Virus record (IMG/VR): IMGVR_UViG_3300005614_001084
Coordinates: 32,001 to 96,000 of that record
Reading direction: 5' to 3' (one strand)
DNA: 64,000 bases
DNA from: a virus
Lineage: Duplodnaviria; Caudoviricetes
Below the pieces are notes generated by a model, which had not been told where the DNA came from, did not search any database, and saw only the letters and a list, made by a program, of their open reading frames with translations. Positions 1-9,798 of this stretch are shown here, one piece after another (the first letter of the stretch is position 1; every line of letters begins with the position of its first letter). The position numbers and the translations under genes were made by a program.

Positions 1-1
1 G

Positions 2-376
2 CTCGTCGAGGACGCCGACTACAAAGCCAACGCCATCCGCCGCGTGCTCTCCAAGGCCGGCGTTGAGGTGGTGCGGGCGTCGAGCCTGCACCAGGCCATG
101 CACGCGCTCCGCGAGGAGAGCACGAACCAGTACATCGGTGCCGTGATCATCGACTGGACGTTCCCGTACCACGGGGACGGCGAGCCGAGGAAGGGCGCGG
201 GCTCCCGCGTCGTCACGGAATGCCAGGAGCGCAACCTGCCGTTCGTCGTGGTCAGCGGCGACGATCCCCAAGACGATATCAAGCCGTGGATCACCTTCAA
301 GCCGGAGGTCGCGCTCGACGCGCTGAAGGCTTGGGTGGAGGAGACGAAGAAGACGGTGCCGGAGCTGGTGTGCTGA
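2..376 (+). CDS. Single-domain response regulator (CheY-like receiver), 5'-truncated by the window edge
   Basis: Frame is open from base 2: LVED acidic pocket, VIIDW phosphoacceptor Asp, VVVSG Ser/Thr position and ITFKP Lys-Pro; the ORF stops right after the receiver fold. Confidence 0.8.
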   Translation, partial: LVEDADYKANAIRRVLSKAGVEVVRASSLHQAMHALREESTNQYIGAVIIDWTFPYHGDGEPRKGAGSRVVTECQERNLPFVVVSGDDPQDDIKPWITFKPEVALDALKAWVEETKKTVPELVC

Positions 377-380
377 TCTA

Positions 381-412
381 GGCCCGCAAGGGCCGGGGAG
401 ACAGCTCCCTTT
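381..412 (+). terminator. Tandem hairpins between convergent genes, probable terminator
   Basis: GGCCC-GCAA-GGGCC (381-394) followed by GGGGAG-ACAG-CTCCCT and TT. Confidence 0.5.
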
Positions 413-414
413 GC

Positions 415-915
415 TTAGAGCTGACTCAGCAAACCGGCGGTCACGCCCACCACCAGACCGACGGCCAAGACCCCCATTACGAACCCGAAGACGAAGGTGT
501 CGTACCAAGGATGCTCTCGGGCCTGAGCGAGCTGCTGTGCTGCGGTCGCCGCCTGGTCTCGAAGGTCCTGACGAAGTCCGTCGATCTCTCGCTGCATGCT
601 CGTGGTGGTAAGGCTCAGCTCGGTGGCGTGGCTGCGGCGCTCTGCATCGAGCAGGGATGCCCGCAAGCGGTACTGAAGCTGTAGCTCCTGGCGATACCAC
701 TCGATGCGGTGGGTCCAGCGGATGCTGGTGTCCATGTCGAGCAGCATGCCCTCGACGGGGGCTGGAGCCCTCAGCGCCAGGTGCTCGATGACGTCGTCGC
801 CGGGCGGGACGTCCGGAGCCACCAGCGGCTCTTCGGCGTCCTCCTGGGCCCTGGCGAGCCCAGGAGTCGTCCAGACGGCCAGAACGAGCCCCAGGACCGC
901 CCAGAGCCGGCTCAC
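415..915 (-). CDS. Membrane protein with signal peptide, coiled coil and C-terminal TM; possible spanin-like lysis protein
   Basis: N-terminal hydrophobic signal ending ARA-Q, heptad-rich middle, C-terminal TM FVFGFVMGVLAVGLVVGV; last gene of a holin-containing cluster. Confidence 0.45.
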   Translation of the reverse strand: MSRLWAVLGLVLAVWTTPGLARAQEDAEEPLVAPDVPPGDDVIEHLALRAPAPVEGMLLDMDTSIRWTHRIEWYRQELQLQYRLRASLLDAERRSHATELSLTTTSMQREIDGLRQDLRDQAATAAQQLAQAREHPWYDTFVFGFVMGVLAVGLVVGVTAGLLSQL

Positions 916-1208
916 GGTGCCTCCCGCAGGGTAACCGCCCAGTCGAGATACTGGAGCGTCGGGCCCATGTCTCCGGACGCATGTTCCACCACCACCTTGA
1001 GCGGATCGACTCCGAAGTTGATGAAGGCGATCTTCAAGGCCCGCTCGATGTTCTCGCGAGTCACCTGTAGCGCCCCGTTCACTCCGTAGTGAGAAGCAGA
1101 AGGAAAGCCGATCCCGTATTCCACGGTGGTGTAGTCCGGACTGCCGAAATGCTCGACCAAGCTCACGAGCCGCTGATCTCGCGTCTCTTCACCAAGGAGT
1201 AGCCTCAC
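912..1208 (-). CDS. Hypothetical protein (98 aa; start re-called at GTG 1208)
   Basis: GTGA overlaps with both neighbours; the upstream part of track ORF 912..1670 is shadow. Confidence 0.6.
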   Translation of the reverse strand: MRLLLGEETRDQRLVSLVEHFGSPDYTTVEYGIGFPSASHYGVNGALQVTRENIERALKIAFINFGVDPLKVVVEHASGDMGPTLQYLDWAVTLREAP

Positions 1209-1555
1209 GGCTTCCCCGCTCGAAGCATGCGGGCGCGGAGTGTGTCGGGGGCGGTCCGCAGCGCATCGACCTCTGCCGCCTGCTGCTGTTCCACCGCCGT
1301 CCGGTCGGCAGTCGCCTTGTCCGCCGCCGCCTTCTCCTCGGCCGCCAGGCGGGCACGCTCCGCTTCGAGCTGACGCTGCCGCGTCTCTTCCTCGATCTTG
1401 GCGCGCTCGTCCGCCTTCTCCGTCGGATCGATGATCTCGACCTGCGGCTTCGGCTGCATGGCGCGCAGCACGAACATCAAGATGCCGATCGGAAACAGCA
1501 CCCACTGCCAGTTCGCCTTGAGCCAGGGCCAGGCGGTGTCCTTGAACCAGTTCAT
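1205..1555 (-). CDS. N-terminal TM plus coiled-coil protein, i-spanin-like (start MNWFKD)
   Basis: TM WQWVLFPIGILMFVL then E/K/R/A-rich helix; ATGA overlap with the upstream gene. Confidence 0.5.
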   Translation of the reverse strand: MNWFKDTAWPWLKANWQWVLFPIGILMFVLRAMQPKPQVEIIDPTEKADERAKIEEETRQRQLEAERARLAAEEKAAADKATADRTAVEQQQAAEVDALRTAPDTLRARMLRAGKP

Positions 1556-2124
1556 GCCACCACCGTAGCATCGTACGGGTTCGCCCGGCCGGGCAGGCGA
1601 GCCGCCGGCACCGTGGCACCAAGCGCTGGAGAAGCCAGCGGACGACGCCCACGCGGCACCGTGGCGCCAAGAACCGGAGCCGGTGCCGGTGCCGCTCGAC
1701 CGAGCATGTTCGGCGCCACGCCCGATACCACCGATCCTGCCGAGGTCATCGAGTGCACCTGTGCCGAGGGGTTGGCGAGCGCGTTCATGTACCCCTGGCT
1801 GTACTGATGCGTGTGGTTGAACGCGTCGTGCGTGGTGAGCGGCTTCGCCTGGTTGAAGCTCAGCGGCGTCTGCGCGATACGCTGCTGAAGTCCCGCCTTC
1901 GCAGGAGCCAGCGCCTGGACCTGCCGAGCCGCCCTGACGTCGGCACCAGCGTTGAGGGCCACACTCCGCAGCGCCCCGGGTGCCAGCGACTCCGCCTTCG
2001 CCAGCAACCCGGGCGCCACGCGAGCGCCCTGCGCCGCACGCTGCGCCAGGAACGACGACATCACGCCCGCGCTGAGCGCCGTCTTCACACCCTCCTCGAA
2101 CCCCTGCTGCACGCGCGGATCCAT
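1552..2124 (-). CDS. Ala-rich hypothetical, possibly virion protein (start MDPRVQQG)
   Basis: GGAGG RBS before ATG 2124; low-complexity Ala/Gly/Pro sequence. Confidence 0.55.
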   Translation of the reverse strand: MDPRVQQGFEEGVKTALSAGVMSSFLAQRAAQGARVAPGLLAKAESLAPGALRSVALNAGADVRAARQVQALAPAKAGLQQRIAQTPLSFNQAKPLTTHDAFNHTHQYSQGYMNALANPSAQVHSMTSAGSVVSGVAPNMLGRAAPAPAPVLGATVPRGRRPLASPALGATVPAARLPGRANPYDATVVA

Positions 2125-2126
2125 GA

Positions 2127-2645
2127 TCAGCCTCCCTCGGCCTGACGCGTCGGAACGCGGAACCCTTCGATGCCCTTCGAGATCTTGTCGAAGATGTACG
2201 AGCTGAACTGCCCGCAGATCGCGCCCCACATCGCGTAGATGCCTGCGCCTTGCCACACGCCCTGGACCTTGGAGTCGACGTAGGCGGTGAGGACCTCGGG
2301 ATGTACCGGCACGATCGCTGCGATGAGCGCACCGACGAGTACCGGGACGATCGGTAGCACGATGCGGTTCATGATCGGGGTGTCACGACGTACGTCGCGA
2401 CCCACCGCCGCCTTCACCTGGACGGTCGCCGGCTTGGCCGGATCCCGGTAGGTGACGGCCTTGTCGTCCTTCGTTTCCGGTCCCGGCACGATCTCCGGAT
2501 CCGGCGGAGGAACCGAGGTCTGCTTCTGGATGACGCCGTGGCCCGTGTGGATGTCGATGGCGGTCTTGACGAACTGCGTGATCATCCAAGCGATGCCCGC
2601 CACGAGCATCGCCTGCCACGAATAGAACATCTCCAGCGGGCCCAT
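2127..2645 (-). CDS. Putative holin (3 TM segments)
   Basis: TM segments MLVAGIAWMITQFV, IVLPIVPVLVGALIAAIV and AMWGAICGQFSSYIF; basic C-terminus; directly downstream of tail-fibre genes. Confidence 0.55.
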   Translation of the reverse strand: MGPLEMFYSWQAMLVAGIAWMITQFVKTAIDIHTGHGVIQKQTSVPPPDPEIVPGPETKDDKAVTYRDPAKPATVQVKAAVGRDVRRDTPIMNRIVLPIVPVLVGALIAAIVPVHPEVLTAYVDSKVQGVWQGAGIYAMWGAICGQFSSYIFDKISKGIEGFRVPTRQAEGG

Positions 2646-2652
2646 GATCACC

Positions 2653-4830
2653 TCAGTTGTTGCGTGGACCGGGATCCGTGTAGTGGATGCGCACGCCCCA
2701 GAACGTATCTTCCTGGCCGCCCGTGCCGGCGGTGTTGCCGGCGCCGAGGATCATCCAGTAGTCGCGACTGCCGTTGAAGCTGTCGCGCACCACGGTGTGG
2801 CTGAGGCCGGTGATCGAGATGATCTGCTTGTTGGCGGTGGTGTCGTCGTACTCGAACGCGACCTGCACCGGAGCAACGGGGTTCGAGCCCGCCGACACCC
2901 AGCTCTGGGGCGTGTAGCCCACCAGGGCGTAGGCGCGGTTCGTACTGGAGCGCGCGGCGCCCGGCTTCATGATCACCTCGATGCCGGTGATGATCATGCC
3001 GTCGCGCAGATACGGGTTGAGGTCGGCATAGATGTCGCCGCCGTTGCTCTTGATGAGCCAGTAGTTGTTGGTGCCGGCACCGATGTGGAAGTCGGCGACC
3101 GTGCTGTTGAGCTGATCGCGATGGAAGGCGGGCAGCGAGATGTTGTTGTAGCGGGTCGGCGGGTTGACGTATCCGAAGCTCTTCGCTTCGTACGTACCGT
3201 TCGAGTTCAGCCGCGCGTACTCCGCTGTCACGCCGTCTTCGGTCGTGAACATCCGGAACGCGTACTGCGCGTCGTGGCTGCTGACGAAGAACGAGATGCC
3301 CGAGGAGTTCGCCTGAGCCGGAACCTCGATGCTGGCCGCTGCCCGATGTGCCGCGATCTCTTGTCCGAACGTGCGGTCGCCGAGGTTGACGCCGTGCAGG
3401 ATGCGGAAGGTGCCGGTACCCGTCGTGGGGAAGCCCGTGACTGCGGCGCCGCCGAGATCGATGAGGTCGAGCTGGCCGTTACCAGCGCCACGCGCGCTGA
3501 CGCGGTAGATGCCCGCCTGAGCCGACGGAGTAAGGATCTCGATGAAGGTGGCGTCCGGCGCGACGAACCAGTCCGTCGCTGCGACCGTACCGGACACGAT
3601 GCGACCACCCGGCGAGCCGAAGGTGAAGTTGATCGTTCCGCCCGTGAAGATTGCACTTCCGCGCGACTCGCTCGACACCACCACGCCGTAGTGGTGGTTG
3701 ATCTGGTCGTCGATGCGGACCACGACCCCGGCTTCGTACGGCTGAGTCCCGCCGATCTGCGAGTAGTATCCGGGATTGCCGAAGCCAACGCCCGACGCCA
3801 ACTGCGCCGCCGTCAGCAGAGCACTGGTGGCAACGCTGAAGATCTGGCCGAGACCGTCGACGCCCATGATGGCGGCCGTCGTTCCGGTCGCGAAACGCGA
3901 CTTGACGAGGAAGGCGTAACCGGCTCCGCCCGTCAGTAGCTGATCGAAACGCCCGCCCACGGCACCCGGGATGAACTCCATGGCGGCGCCGGCTCCTGGC
4001 ATGCCGGTGACGACGATGCCCTGGAACCCAAGTCCCGTGGAGGCGTTCGGCGCGTTCGTCATGAACATCGGACGGAAGATCCGGATGTTCACGCTCTCGT
4101 TCGCCACGAAACTCGGAACCGTGCCGTCGAGACGCTTCAGCGTGCAGCGCGTGGTCGTCGAGAGCAGGCTGACGTAGTAGAGCCCCGGGTTCGTCCCGTT
4201 CAGGATCTCGACCATGTCCCGCTTCAGCATCAGATCGCTGTTGCTGCCGCCGTCCTTGAACGTCCCTGCACCGAGGGTAACGCTGTCCACGACGCTACCG
4301 CCCACGTTCAGCGTGGCCGCGATGATGCCGCCGGGCAGCGTGGAACCACCTCCGCTGAGGATGACGTCTCGTCGATCGATGTAGCCGTACGACTGCGTGG
4401 GCAGCGAGACACCGCTCCGCCCCACGAAGTCGAAGCCGCCGCCACCGTCGATGCTATCGCTGATCGCGTTGGCGCGGAAGTGCGCGTTGGCGTGATCGTC
4501 CGTGTACATCGTGGCGAGAGTGGAACGCGTCTCCACCGCACCGGCATCCTTCGTCACGACACGACCCGAACCCGCCGGACCGACGGTACCGAGGTCGTAG
4601 GCGGCGTCGAGGCCGCCCACCTCGAACGAGGCCAGACGCGTGTTGAGGTCCTGGTCGTTCAGCGCCAGGGCGAAGTGCGTCCGGTTGGCGATCGCAGCCG
4701 TGAGCTGCTCGCCGAACTGGACGCCGCGGTTGCCGGCACTCGTCCCCGGAGGATTCGAGGTCGAATAGGGAACGGCGGGCCCGAACCCGCCACCATCACC
4801 GAAGATCTCTGCTGCCGTCTTGAAAGACAT
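2653..4830 (-). CDS. Tail fibre / virion structural protein (725 aa)
   Basis: Gly/Thr/Ser-rich beta-type composition; position after baseplate genes. Confidence 0.6.
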   Translation of the reverse strand: MSFKTAAEIFGDGGGFGPAVPYSTSNPPGTSAGNRGVQFGEQLTAAIANRTHFALALNDQDLNTRLASFEVGGLDAAYDLGTVGPAGSGRVVTKDAGAVETRSTLATMYTDDHANAHFRANAISDSIDGGGGFDFVGRSGVSLPTQSYGYIDRRDVILSGGGSTLPGGIIAATLNVGGSVVDSVTLGAGTFKDGGSNSDLMLKRDMVEILNGTNPGLYYVSLLSTTTRCTLKRLDGTVPSFVANESVNIRIFRPMFMTNAPNASTGLGFQGIVVTGMPGAGAAMEFIPGAVGGRFDQLLTGGAGYAFLVKSRFATGTTAAIMGVDGLGQIFSVATSALLTAAQLASGVGFGNPGYYSQIGGTQPYEAGVVVRIDDQINHHYGVVVSSESRGSAIFTGGTINFTFGSPGGRIVSGTVAATDWFVAPDATFIEILTPSAQAGIYRVSARGAGNGQLDLIDLGGAAVTGFPTTGTGTFRILHGVNLGDRTFGQEIAAHRAAASIEVPAQANSSGISFFVSSHDAQYAFRMFTTEDGVTAEYARLNSNGTYEAKSFGYVNPPTRYNNISLPAFHRDQLNSTVADFHIGAGTNNYWLIKSNGGDIYADLNPYLRDGMIITGIEVIMKPGAARSSTNRAYALVGYTPQSWVSAGSNPVAPVQVAFEYDDTTANKQIISITGLSHTVVRDSFNGSRDYWMILGAGNTAGTGGQEDTFWGVRIHYTDPGPRNN

Positions 4831-4844
4831 GTCTCACTCCGTGA

Positions 4845-5486
4845 TCAGAGGCGGAACTCCCAGCGCACTTCGATCGAGAAGAGGCCGGTCTTCGAGATGG
4901 TGTCGAACGTGTCGTAGGCCATGGTATGGCCGCCCGCGCCCGGGTACGCGCCCGCAGATCCGTTGGGAAGCGTGGGATCGGCGCTGCTCTTGTACAGCGC
5001 GATCTCCGACAGCGGCACCGAAGTGAAGCCGCCGAAGTTGATGTCGGTCTGGCCGAACACCGCGATGAAGCGCGTCGCGGTGGCCGTGGGGAAGGTGCCG
5101 GGAGTCGAGATCTGCTGCATCCAGATCGGATCTGCGGTCACCGCAACCGGACGCTCCAGGCGGCTCACCGTGACGTCGGTATCCGTCTGCGCGTTCGTCC
5201 CGCCGTAGCCGGTGGGGTACGAGCTGGAGTACGGAGCCGATGCCGCCGCCGGGTTGTTCTGGCGGGTGCCGCCGATGCCGAAGCCGATGTACCGGACGAC
5301 GGTGTCCTGAGTACGGGTGAAACTGCTCGGCCCGAGGCTCGATGGAGTAATGACCTCGCAGATCATCTGGCGCCCGGTGTTCACGACGATGTTGTGCTGT
5401 CGCTGATGCCACAGCCGGCGCTTCCCGCGCTCGAACAGGTCGATCTCCAGGTTCCACTTCACTTCGAGTTCTTCGGCGATTCTCAT
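4845..5486 (-). CDS. Baseplate / tail-fibre attachment-type protein
   Basis: HNIVVNTGR, YIGFGIGG, LSEIALY and terminal VRWEFRL pattern typical of myovirus fibre-attachment proteins; synteny. Confidence 0.55.
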   Translation of the reverse strand: MRIAEELEVKWNLEIDLFERGKRRLWHQRQHNIVVNTGRQMICEVITPSSLGPSSFTRTQDTVVRYIGFGIGGTRQNNPAAASAPYSSSYPTGYGGTNAQTDTDVTVSRLERPVAVTADPIWMQQISTPGTFPTATATRFIAVFGQTDINFGGFTSVPLSEIALYKSSADPTLPNGSAGAYPGAGGHTMAYDTFDTISKTGLFSIEVRWEFRL

Positions 5487-8400
5487 GGGGGGATGACTCC
5501 TGCGCCCTTGATCACTGCGGTGACGCTATAGGTGCCCGCAGGAAGATTCATATCATAGGTGGGCGAGAAGGTGGACCCCGGAGACCCGAGGGTGCCCGAA
5601 ACGTCGGTAACCAAGGTGTCCATGAAGAAGATCGAGTCGTACGTGATGACTCCGCCGGGCCAGTCGATGGTCAGGACGAACGTGATGATGTCGAGCGGGC
5701 AGTCGACGATACTGTCGTAGTGCGTGATGCCGTCGTCGAACAACGACCAGATCGTACCATCGCCCCGATAGTCGTCGTACATGAACGTTCGGCCGGATCC
5801 GCACAGGCTGTCGAACTCGTTCATGACGAGCGTCATCCCCAGGTCGTCTTCGATGTCGATGTCCTCGTTGAGTTGCTTCAGGCCCACCAGCAGATGATGC
5901 GTGTAGGTCGGCTTCACGCGCGTGATGAAGCTGAAGAGCAGGCTGAGGTTCGACAGCGAAACCAGGTCGAGGTCGAAGCGCACCAAGAAGGTGTGGAACT
6001 TCTCGATCTCGGTCATCAGCCCCGAACGAACGTACGGGATGTACCACTTCGGGTCGTTGTACATGTCGATGAGGTCGACACCCGCGCCCAGCGGAGCGAA
6101 CTGCGGAACGTGGTCGCCCACCTGCCACGGCCGAGCCGGAGTGATGGAAGGATCGACGTTGTCGGCGAGGCCACTGATCGCACTGAGGTCGAGCGGATCC
6201 TTCTTGTAGTAGTAGGTCCGCACGATCTCCGACTGCACGTTCGGGATGCCCGAGTCGTCACGAATCAACATGCGGCCCTGGGACGGCGAGTAGTCATCAC
6301 GGATCTCTTCGACCGTACCGGCGGCTTCCGCGAACGGCTGACCGAACAAGATCTGGGCGCCAACCTTCGTAGCGAAGACCGTCGGACCCTTCTGTTGCGC
6401 GTACATCAGGCCAGCAACGCCGCTGACGTAGTTGAAGTCTGGCGGCAGTAGCGACGCGTCGTCACGCATGAAGCCAACGAGACGACCGAACAGGTCCTCC
6501 ACGTTTCCGTCGTTCGAGAACACGGTCAGCTCCGCCCACAGGATGTCCGGCGGCTCCAGGTCGGGATCGATGAACACGGAATCCCGAAACTGAAGCTGAG
6601 GAATCGGCGCGGAATCGATGTCGCGGTAGAACGGCTCCAAGATGTAGTCGACGTTCTCCGACCAGATCGTGCGGGCGGCGTCGATCTTTGCTCCGGTCTC
6701 ATCGTACTGGTGAAGCGGGATGATGTCCTGAAGCCGAGGAATGCTGATCGTATCGGCGTAGATGGGCAGCGCCTTGCGCCGCTTCACGCCCAGCAGGCGG
6801 ATTTCGTACCGCGAGACATCGGTAAACGCGCCGAAGAACCCTGTCAGGTTTGCGGCGAGCTTCGTGCCCTTTTGAGCCACGACGAGACCCAGGACGTCGG
6901 AGGTCGAACTATTTCTCGTATCGAAGACCTCGGCCTTGACGAGATCGCCCGGGTACGCGCCTTCGATCTCGTAATCGACGGTGCTGGATACGATCGAAGG
7001 AATCGCCCAGGTTGCCGAGACGTCCGCGGGAAGCAGGTCGAGCAACAGCAGACGCTGTCCGTCGAGGGGGTCGTCGACACCCGAAAGTACACGATCGATG
7101 ACGTACGATTGACCATTGTTCGTGACGAGTAGGTCGCCGCGGGTGACGCCCTGTTCGAGGAAGGAGATCCCGTCACCGGCGTAGTAGCTGCGGTCTGTGA
7201 CCAGTGCACCGTTCGAGCCCTCCAAGTAGTTGTAGGAGCCACTGAAGCCGAGAAGCGCGGCAGCCGAGCCTCCGCTGATCCGGAAGCCTCGCTGGCCACG
7301 AAGACCCAGACGAACGATGCGGTAGACGAAGAACGAAACGTTTGAAAGATCGTCCGGCAGGGCCTCGTCCGTGATCGTGAGGGTGCCTCCGGGGTTGTTC
7401 ACAGTATTGATCGTAAACCGCTCACCGTTCAGCACGAGGGTGGTCCCGGCCCCTGCCCACGTGGGCAACGAGTTCGGCGGGAAGCTCAGCGTAGCCGTGA
7501 CACCATCCCCATCTCCATCGTCCGTGGTCGATCCTCCGGAGATCTGAAGACGATAGACGGGATCGTCCTTCCGCGTCGCGTATCCGAAGGCCGAGATGTG
7601 CAGCGACGACAGTGCCGCGTTCAGGTCGGTGATGATCTGCGCCAGGGTGTTGCCGGTGAGAGTCACGACGACGGTCGAGATGCTGGTGGGCGCGACGCCG
7701 TCGAAATACTCGACGTCGAGCGTGAGCCCGGTGACCGGCGGGTTGCCTGTCTCGAAGGCATAGCTCGCCGGCACGATGCCGTATCGGGGACTGATCGACA
7801 CCGCATCCGGCTGTGTCTCGGTGATCAGAGTGCGGTAGGCCACCCACTTCCTCTGAAAGGTCTTCTGCGCATCACGGATGCTGTAGTTGTAGTGATGCTG
7901 CCACACCTCCAGCAGACGGCCGGAGAGCACCTGGGCGATACCGCGCCACGCCTCTTCGAAGACTTCTTTGCCCTGAACGAGCCCCCATTCGTCCCCGAGA
8001 GCCTTCCAGATCGGAGAGACGTCGGGCTCCACGCCGAACGGCGCACGCGCCCCCACGATGTTCGCCAGGACCTCGCTGGGCTCGGAGTCCGACACACCGT
8101 CATTCACGACCAGGAAGACGCGAAAGATGCCCTGCACGTCCGCCAGCATGTACGGCGTCTCGGTATCGGCACCGACGATCACTGACTGATCGATGACACG
8201 GAAGGGCGTCGACACAAGATCGTCCGGGATGGTCTCTTCCTCGGTGGTCAGCACGCCCCCGGCATTGTTGACCGTTGCGATCGGATGAAACGTCGAGCCG
8301 ACGCGCAAGATGTCCCCGGGAGCCACCCACGCCGGCAGTGAGTTCGCAGTGAAGCTCAGCGTGTTCGTGAACCCGTCGGCATCACCATCATCGACGGTAG

Positions 8401-9220
8401 AGCCCGAGCTGTTCTCGGCCGCGTACTGCGAACCGAAGGGCGCATCGATGGCGGTCCAGGCATAGGTCAGCGGGGCGCCCTCGACGTCGAAGCTGCTGCG
8501 TCCATCGAAGCGAACCGCCGAACCCACCGGAGCCACCCGATCTGGGCCGGCATTGGCCGTAGGCGGGAAGTTCGGGATGACGAGCGTGCTGGATAGCCGA
8601 AGAGCCTCGATCTGCACCTGCGACGGCTCGTCCACGAGCCCCTTCACGAAGACGCGAAAGAGATCGGTCACGCTTGGGGGCGTCTCCTCGACCGGAAGGA
8701 TGTACCGGATCTCGGGAGTGACCCCGGTGCCGTTTCCGATGAAGACGTACGCACGGCCCAGGCCGGAGTCGACGGCGATGCGAATGGTACGGAACTCGGT
8801 CGCGATCTCCTCGGTCGTGTCGGTGGTATCCGGCAACGCCGTGACGCTTCCGAAGTCATCTACTCGGCTCACCGCGACGCCGGTCTTGGCGAAGTAGATC
8901 GAGATGCCACGGCCACCGTCATCAGCGACGGTAAGGCCGGCCCGGCGGTCTGCGAGGTCACCCAGGTTGTGGGGCATCTCGGGGAACTTCGCCGTGATCT
9001 CGATGGTGAACTGCGACGAGATGGCGACGTGGAAGTCCAGCATCGCAAGCGCCCCGTCATTCGAGCGCGCGGTCAGGATCGTCAGATTGTCGTTGTACGC
9101 GAAGTACGGCGAGACTGCCGGAGTGATGGTCAGATCGCTGGGCCCAAGCGAGAGCAAGCTGCCCATGGTGGGGCCGCTGAAGTCCGCGATGTTCCAGGTC
9201 GGCGAAGTGGGGAGCGCCAT
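5483..9220 (-). CDS. Large baseplate wedge-like protein with PKD/Ig-like domain (1245 aa)
   Basis: PPTANAGPDRVAPVGSAVRFDGRSSFDVEGAPLTYAWT PKD signature; C-terminal FITRVKPTYTH resembles the wedge-protein KPAHT motif. Confidence 0.65.
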   Translation of the reverse strand: MALPTSPTWNIADFSGPTMGSLLSLGPSDLTITPAVSPYFAYNDNLTILTARSNDGALAMLDFHVAISSQFTIEITAKFPEMPHNLGDLADRRAGLTVADDGGRGISIYFAKTGVAVSRVDDFGSVTALPDTTDTTEEIATEFRTIRIAVDSGLGRAYVFIGNGTGVTPEIRYILPVEETPPSVTDLFRVFVKGLVDEPSQVQIEALRLSSTLVIPNFPPTANAGPDRVAPVGSAVRFDGRSSFDVEGAPLTYAWTAIDAPFGSQYAAENSSGSTVDDGDADGFTNTLSFTANSLPAWVAPGDILRVGSTFHPIATVNNAGGVLTTEEETIPDDLVSTPFRVIDQSVIVGADTETPYMLADVQGIFRVFLVVNDGVSDSEPSEVLANIVGARAPFGVEPDVSPIWKALGDEWGLVQGKEVFEEAWRGIAQVLSGRLLEVWQHHYNYSIRDAQKTFQRKWVAYRTLITETQPDAVSISPRYGIVPASYAFETGNPPVTGLTLDVEYFDGVAPTSISTVVVTLTGNTLAQIITDLNAALSSLHISAFGYATRKDDPVYRLQISGGSTTDDGDGDGVTATLSFPPNSLPTWAGAGTTLVLNGERFTINTVNNPGGTLTITDEALPDDLSNVSFFVYRIVRLGLRGQRGFRISGGSAAALLGFSGSYNYLEGSNGALVTDRSYYAGDGISFLEQGVTRGDLLVTNNGQSYVIDRVLSGVDDPLDGQRLLLLDLLPADVSATWAIPSIVSSTVDYEIEGAYPGDLVKAEVFDTRNSSTSDVLGLVVAQKGTKLAANLTGFFGAFTDVSRYEIRLLGVKRRKALPIYADTISIPRLQDIIPLHQYDETGAKIDAARTIWSENVDYILEPFYRDIDSAPIPQLQFRDSVFIDPDLEPPDILWAELTVFSNDGNVEDLFGRLVGFMRDDASLLPPDFNYVSGVAGLMYAQQKGPTVFATKVGAQILFGQPFAEAAGTVEEIRDDYSPSQGRMLIRDDSGIPNVQSEIVRTYYYKKDPLDLSAISGLADNVDPSITPARPWQVGDHVPQFAPLGAGVDLIDMYNDPKWYIPYVRSGLMTEIEKFHTFLVRFDLDLVSLSNLSLLFSFITRVKPTYTHHLLVGLKQLNEDIDIEDDLGMTLVMNEFDSLCGSGRTFMYDDYRGDGTIWSLFDDGITHYDSIVDCPLDIITFVLTIDWPGGVITYDSIFFMDTLVTDVSGTLGSPGSTFSPTYDMNLPAGTYSVTAVIKGAGVIPP

Positions 9221-9232
9221 CGGCGTGATAGG

Positions 9233-9781
9233 TTACTTGTGCTGGACGAGGTACTCAAGCGCACGTTTCACGCGCACTGGATCGTCGCAGAACTTGCCCA
9301 GTCCCAGGTTGCACTCCTGACAGAGGAGCCCTCGCACCTTCTTGGTCTCGTGGTCGTGATCTATCGCTGGTGCCTTCTTCAAGTCAGCAAACGGAGTCTT
9401 ACAAATCTCGCATTTCCCTTTGGCCCTCACTTGGAGAACCAGAAGATCTTCTTCTCGCAAACCACGGCGGCGCAGAACCTTGGTTCGAGCATATTTGATC
9501 TGCGTTTTCGCTTCACATGATCTACAGCAGAAGGCCAGCCCATCCGGCCTTCCTCGGCGCGTAGAGAAGTCCCGCGCAGGTTTGGTCTCCTTGCACCGCG
9601 GACATCTCTTTGTTGATGGAGGTACGATCGACGGCCGGCTCGCCCAACGTCTGCGAGTTTCTCTCATGACAATGCGCTGACAGCCCTTACATCGCGACGA
9701 AAGTCCCGCGCCCTTACTGCGATCCGCATAGAACTCGGAGGCCTTCTTACGGCGACGACACCTGGAACACTGCTTGAGCAT
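9233..9781 (-). CDS. Endonuclease VII-family (His-Me finger) endonuclease, probably a free-standing homing endonuclease
   Basis: CEIC...IDHDHETKKVRGLLCQECNLGLG motif; two N-terminal CxxC...CxxC zinc repeats. Confidence 0.85.
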   Translation of the reverse strand: MLKQCSRCRRRKKASEFYADRSKGAGLSSRCKGCQRIVMRETRRRWASRPSIVPPSTKRCPRCKETKPARDFSTRRGRPDGLAFCCRSCEAKTQIKYARTKVLRRRGLREEDLLVLQVRAKGKCEICKTPFADLKKAPAIDHDHETKKVRGLLCQECNLGLGKFCDDPVRVKRALEYLVQHK

Positions 9782-9798
9782 CGTGCTAGGTTACCCGT
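9782..9798. promoter_or_regulatory. Overlapping bidirectional -10 elements for two leaderless divergent genes
   Basis: + strand TAGGTT(9787-92)-6 nt-ATG 9799; - strand TAACCT(9793-88)-6 nt-ATG 9781. Confidence 0.55.

Noticed and set aside
2643-2651. Lambda S-type dual-start motif in the holin (GTG-ATC-ATG)
   Set aside because: There is no basic residue between the two starts, and the GTG is part of the GAGGTG Shine-Dalgarno for ATG 2645.
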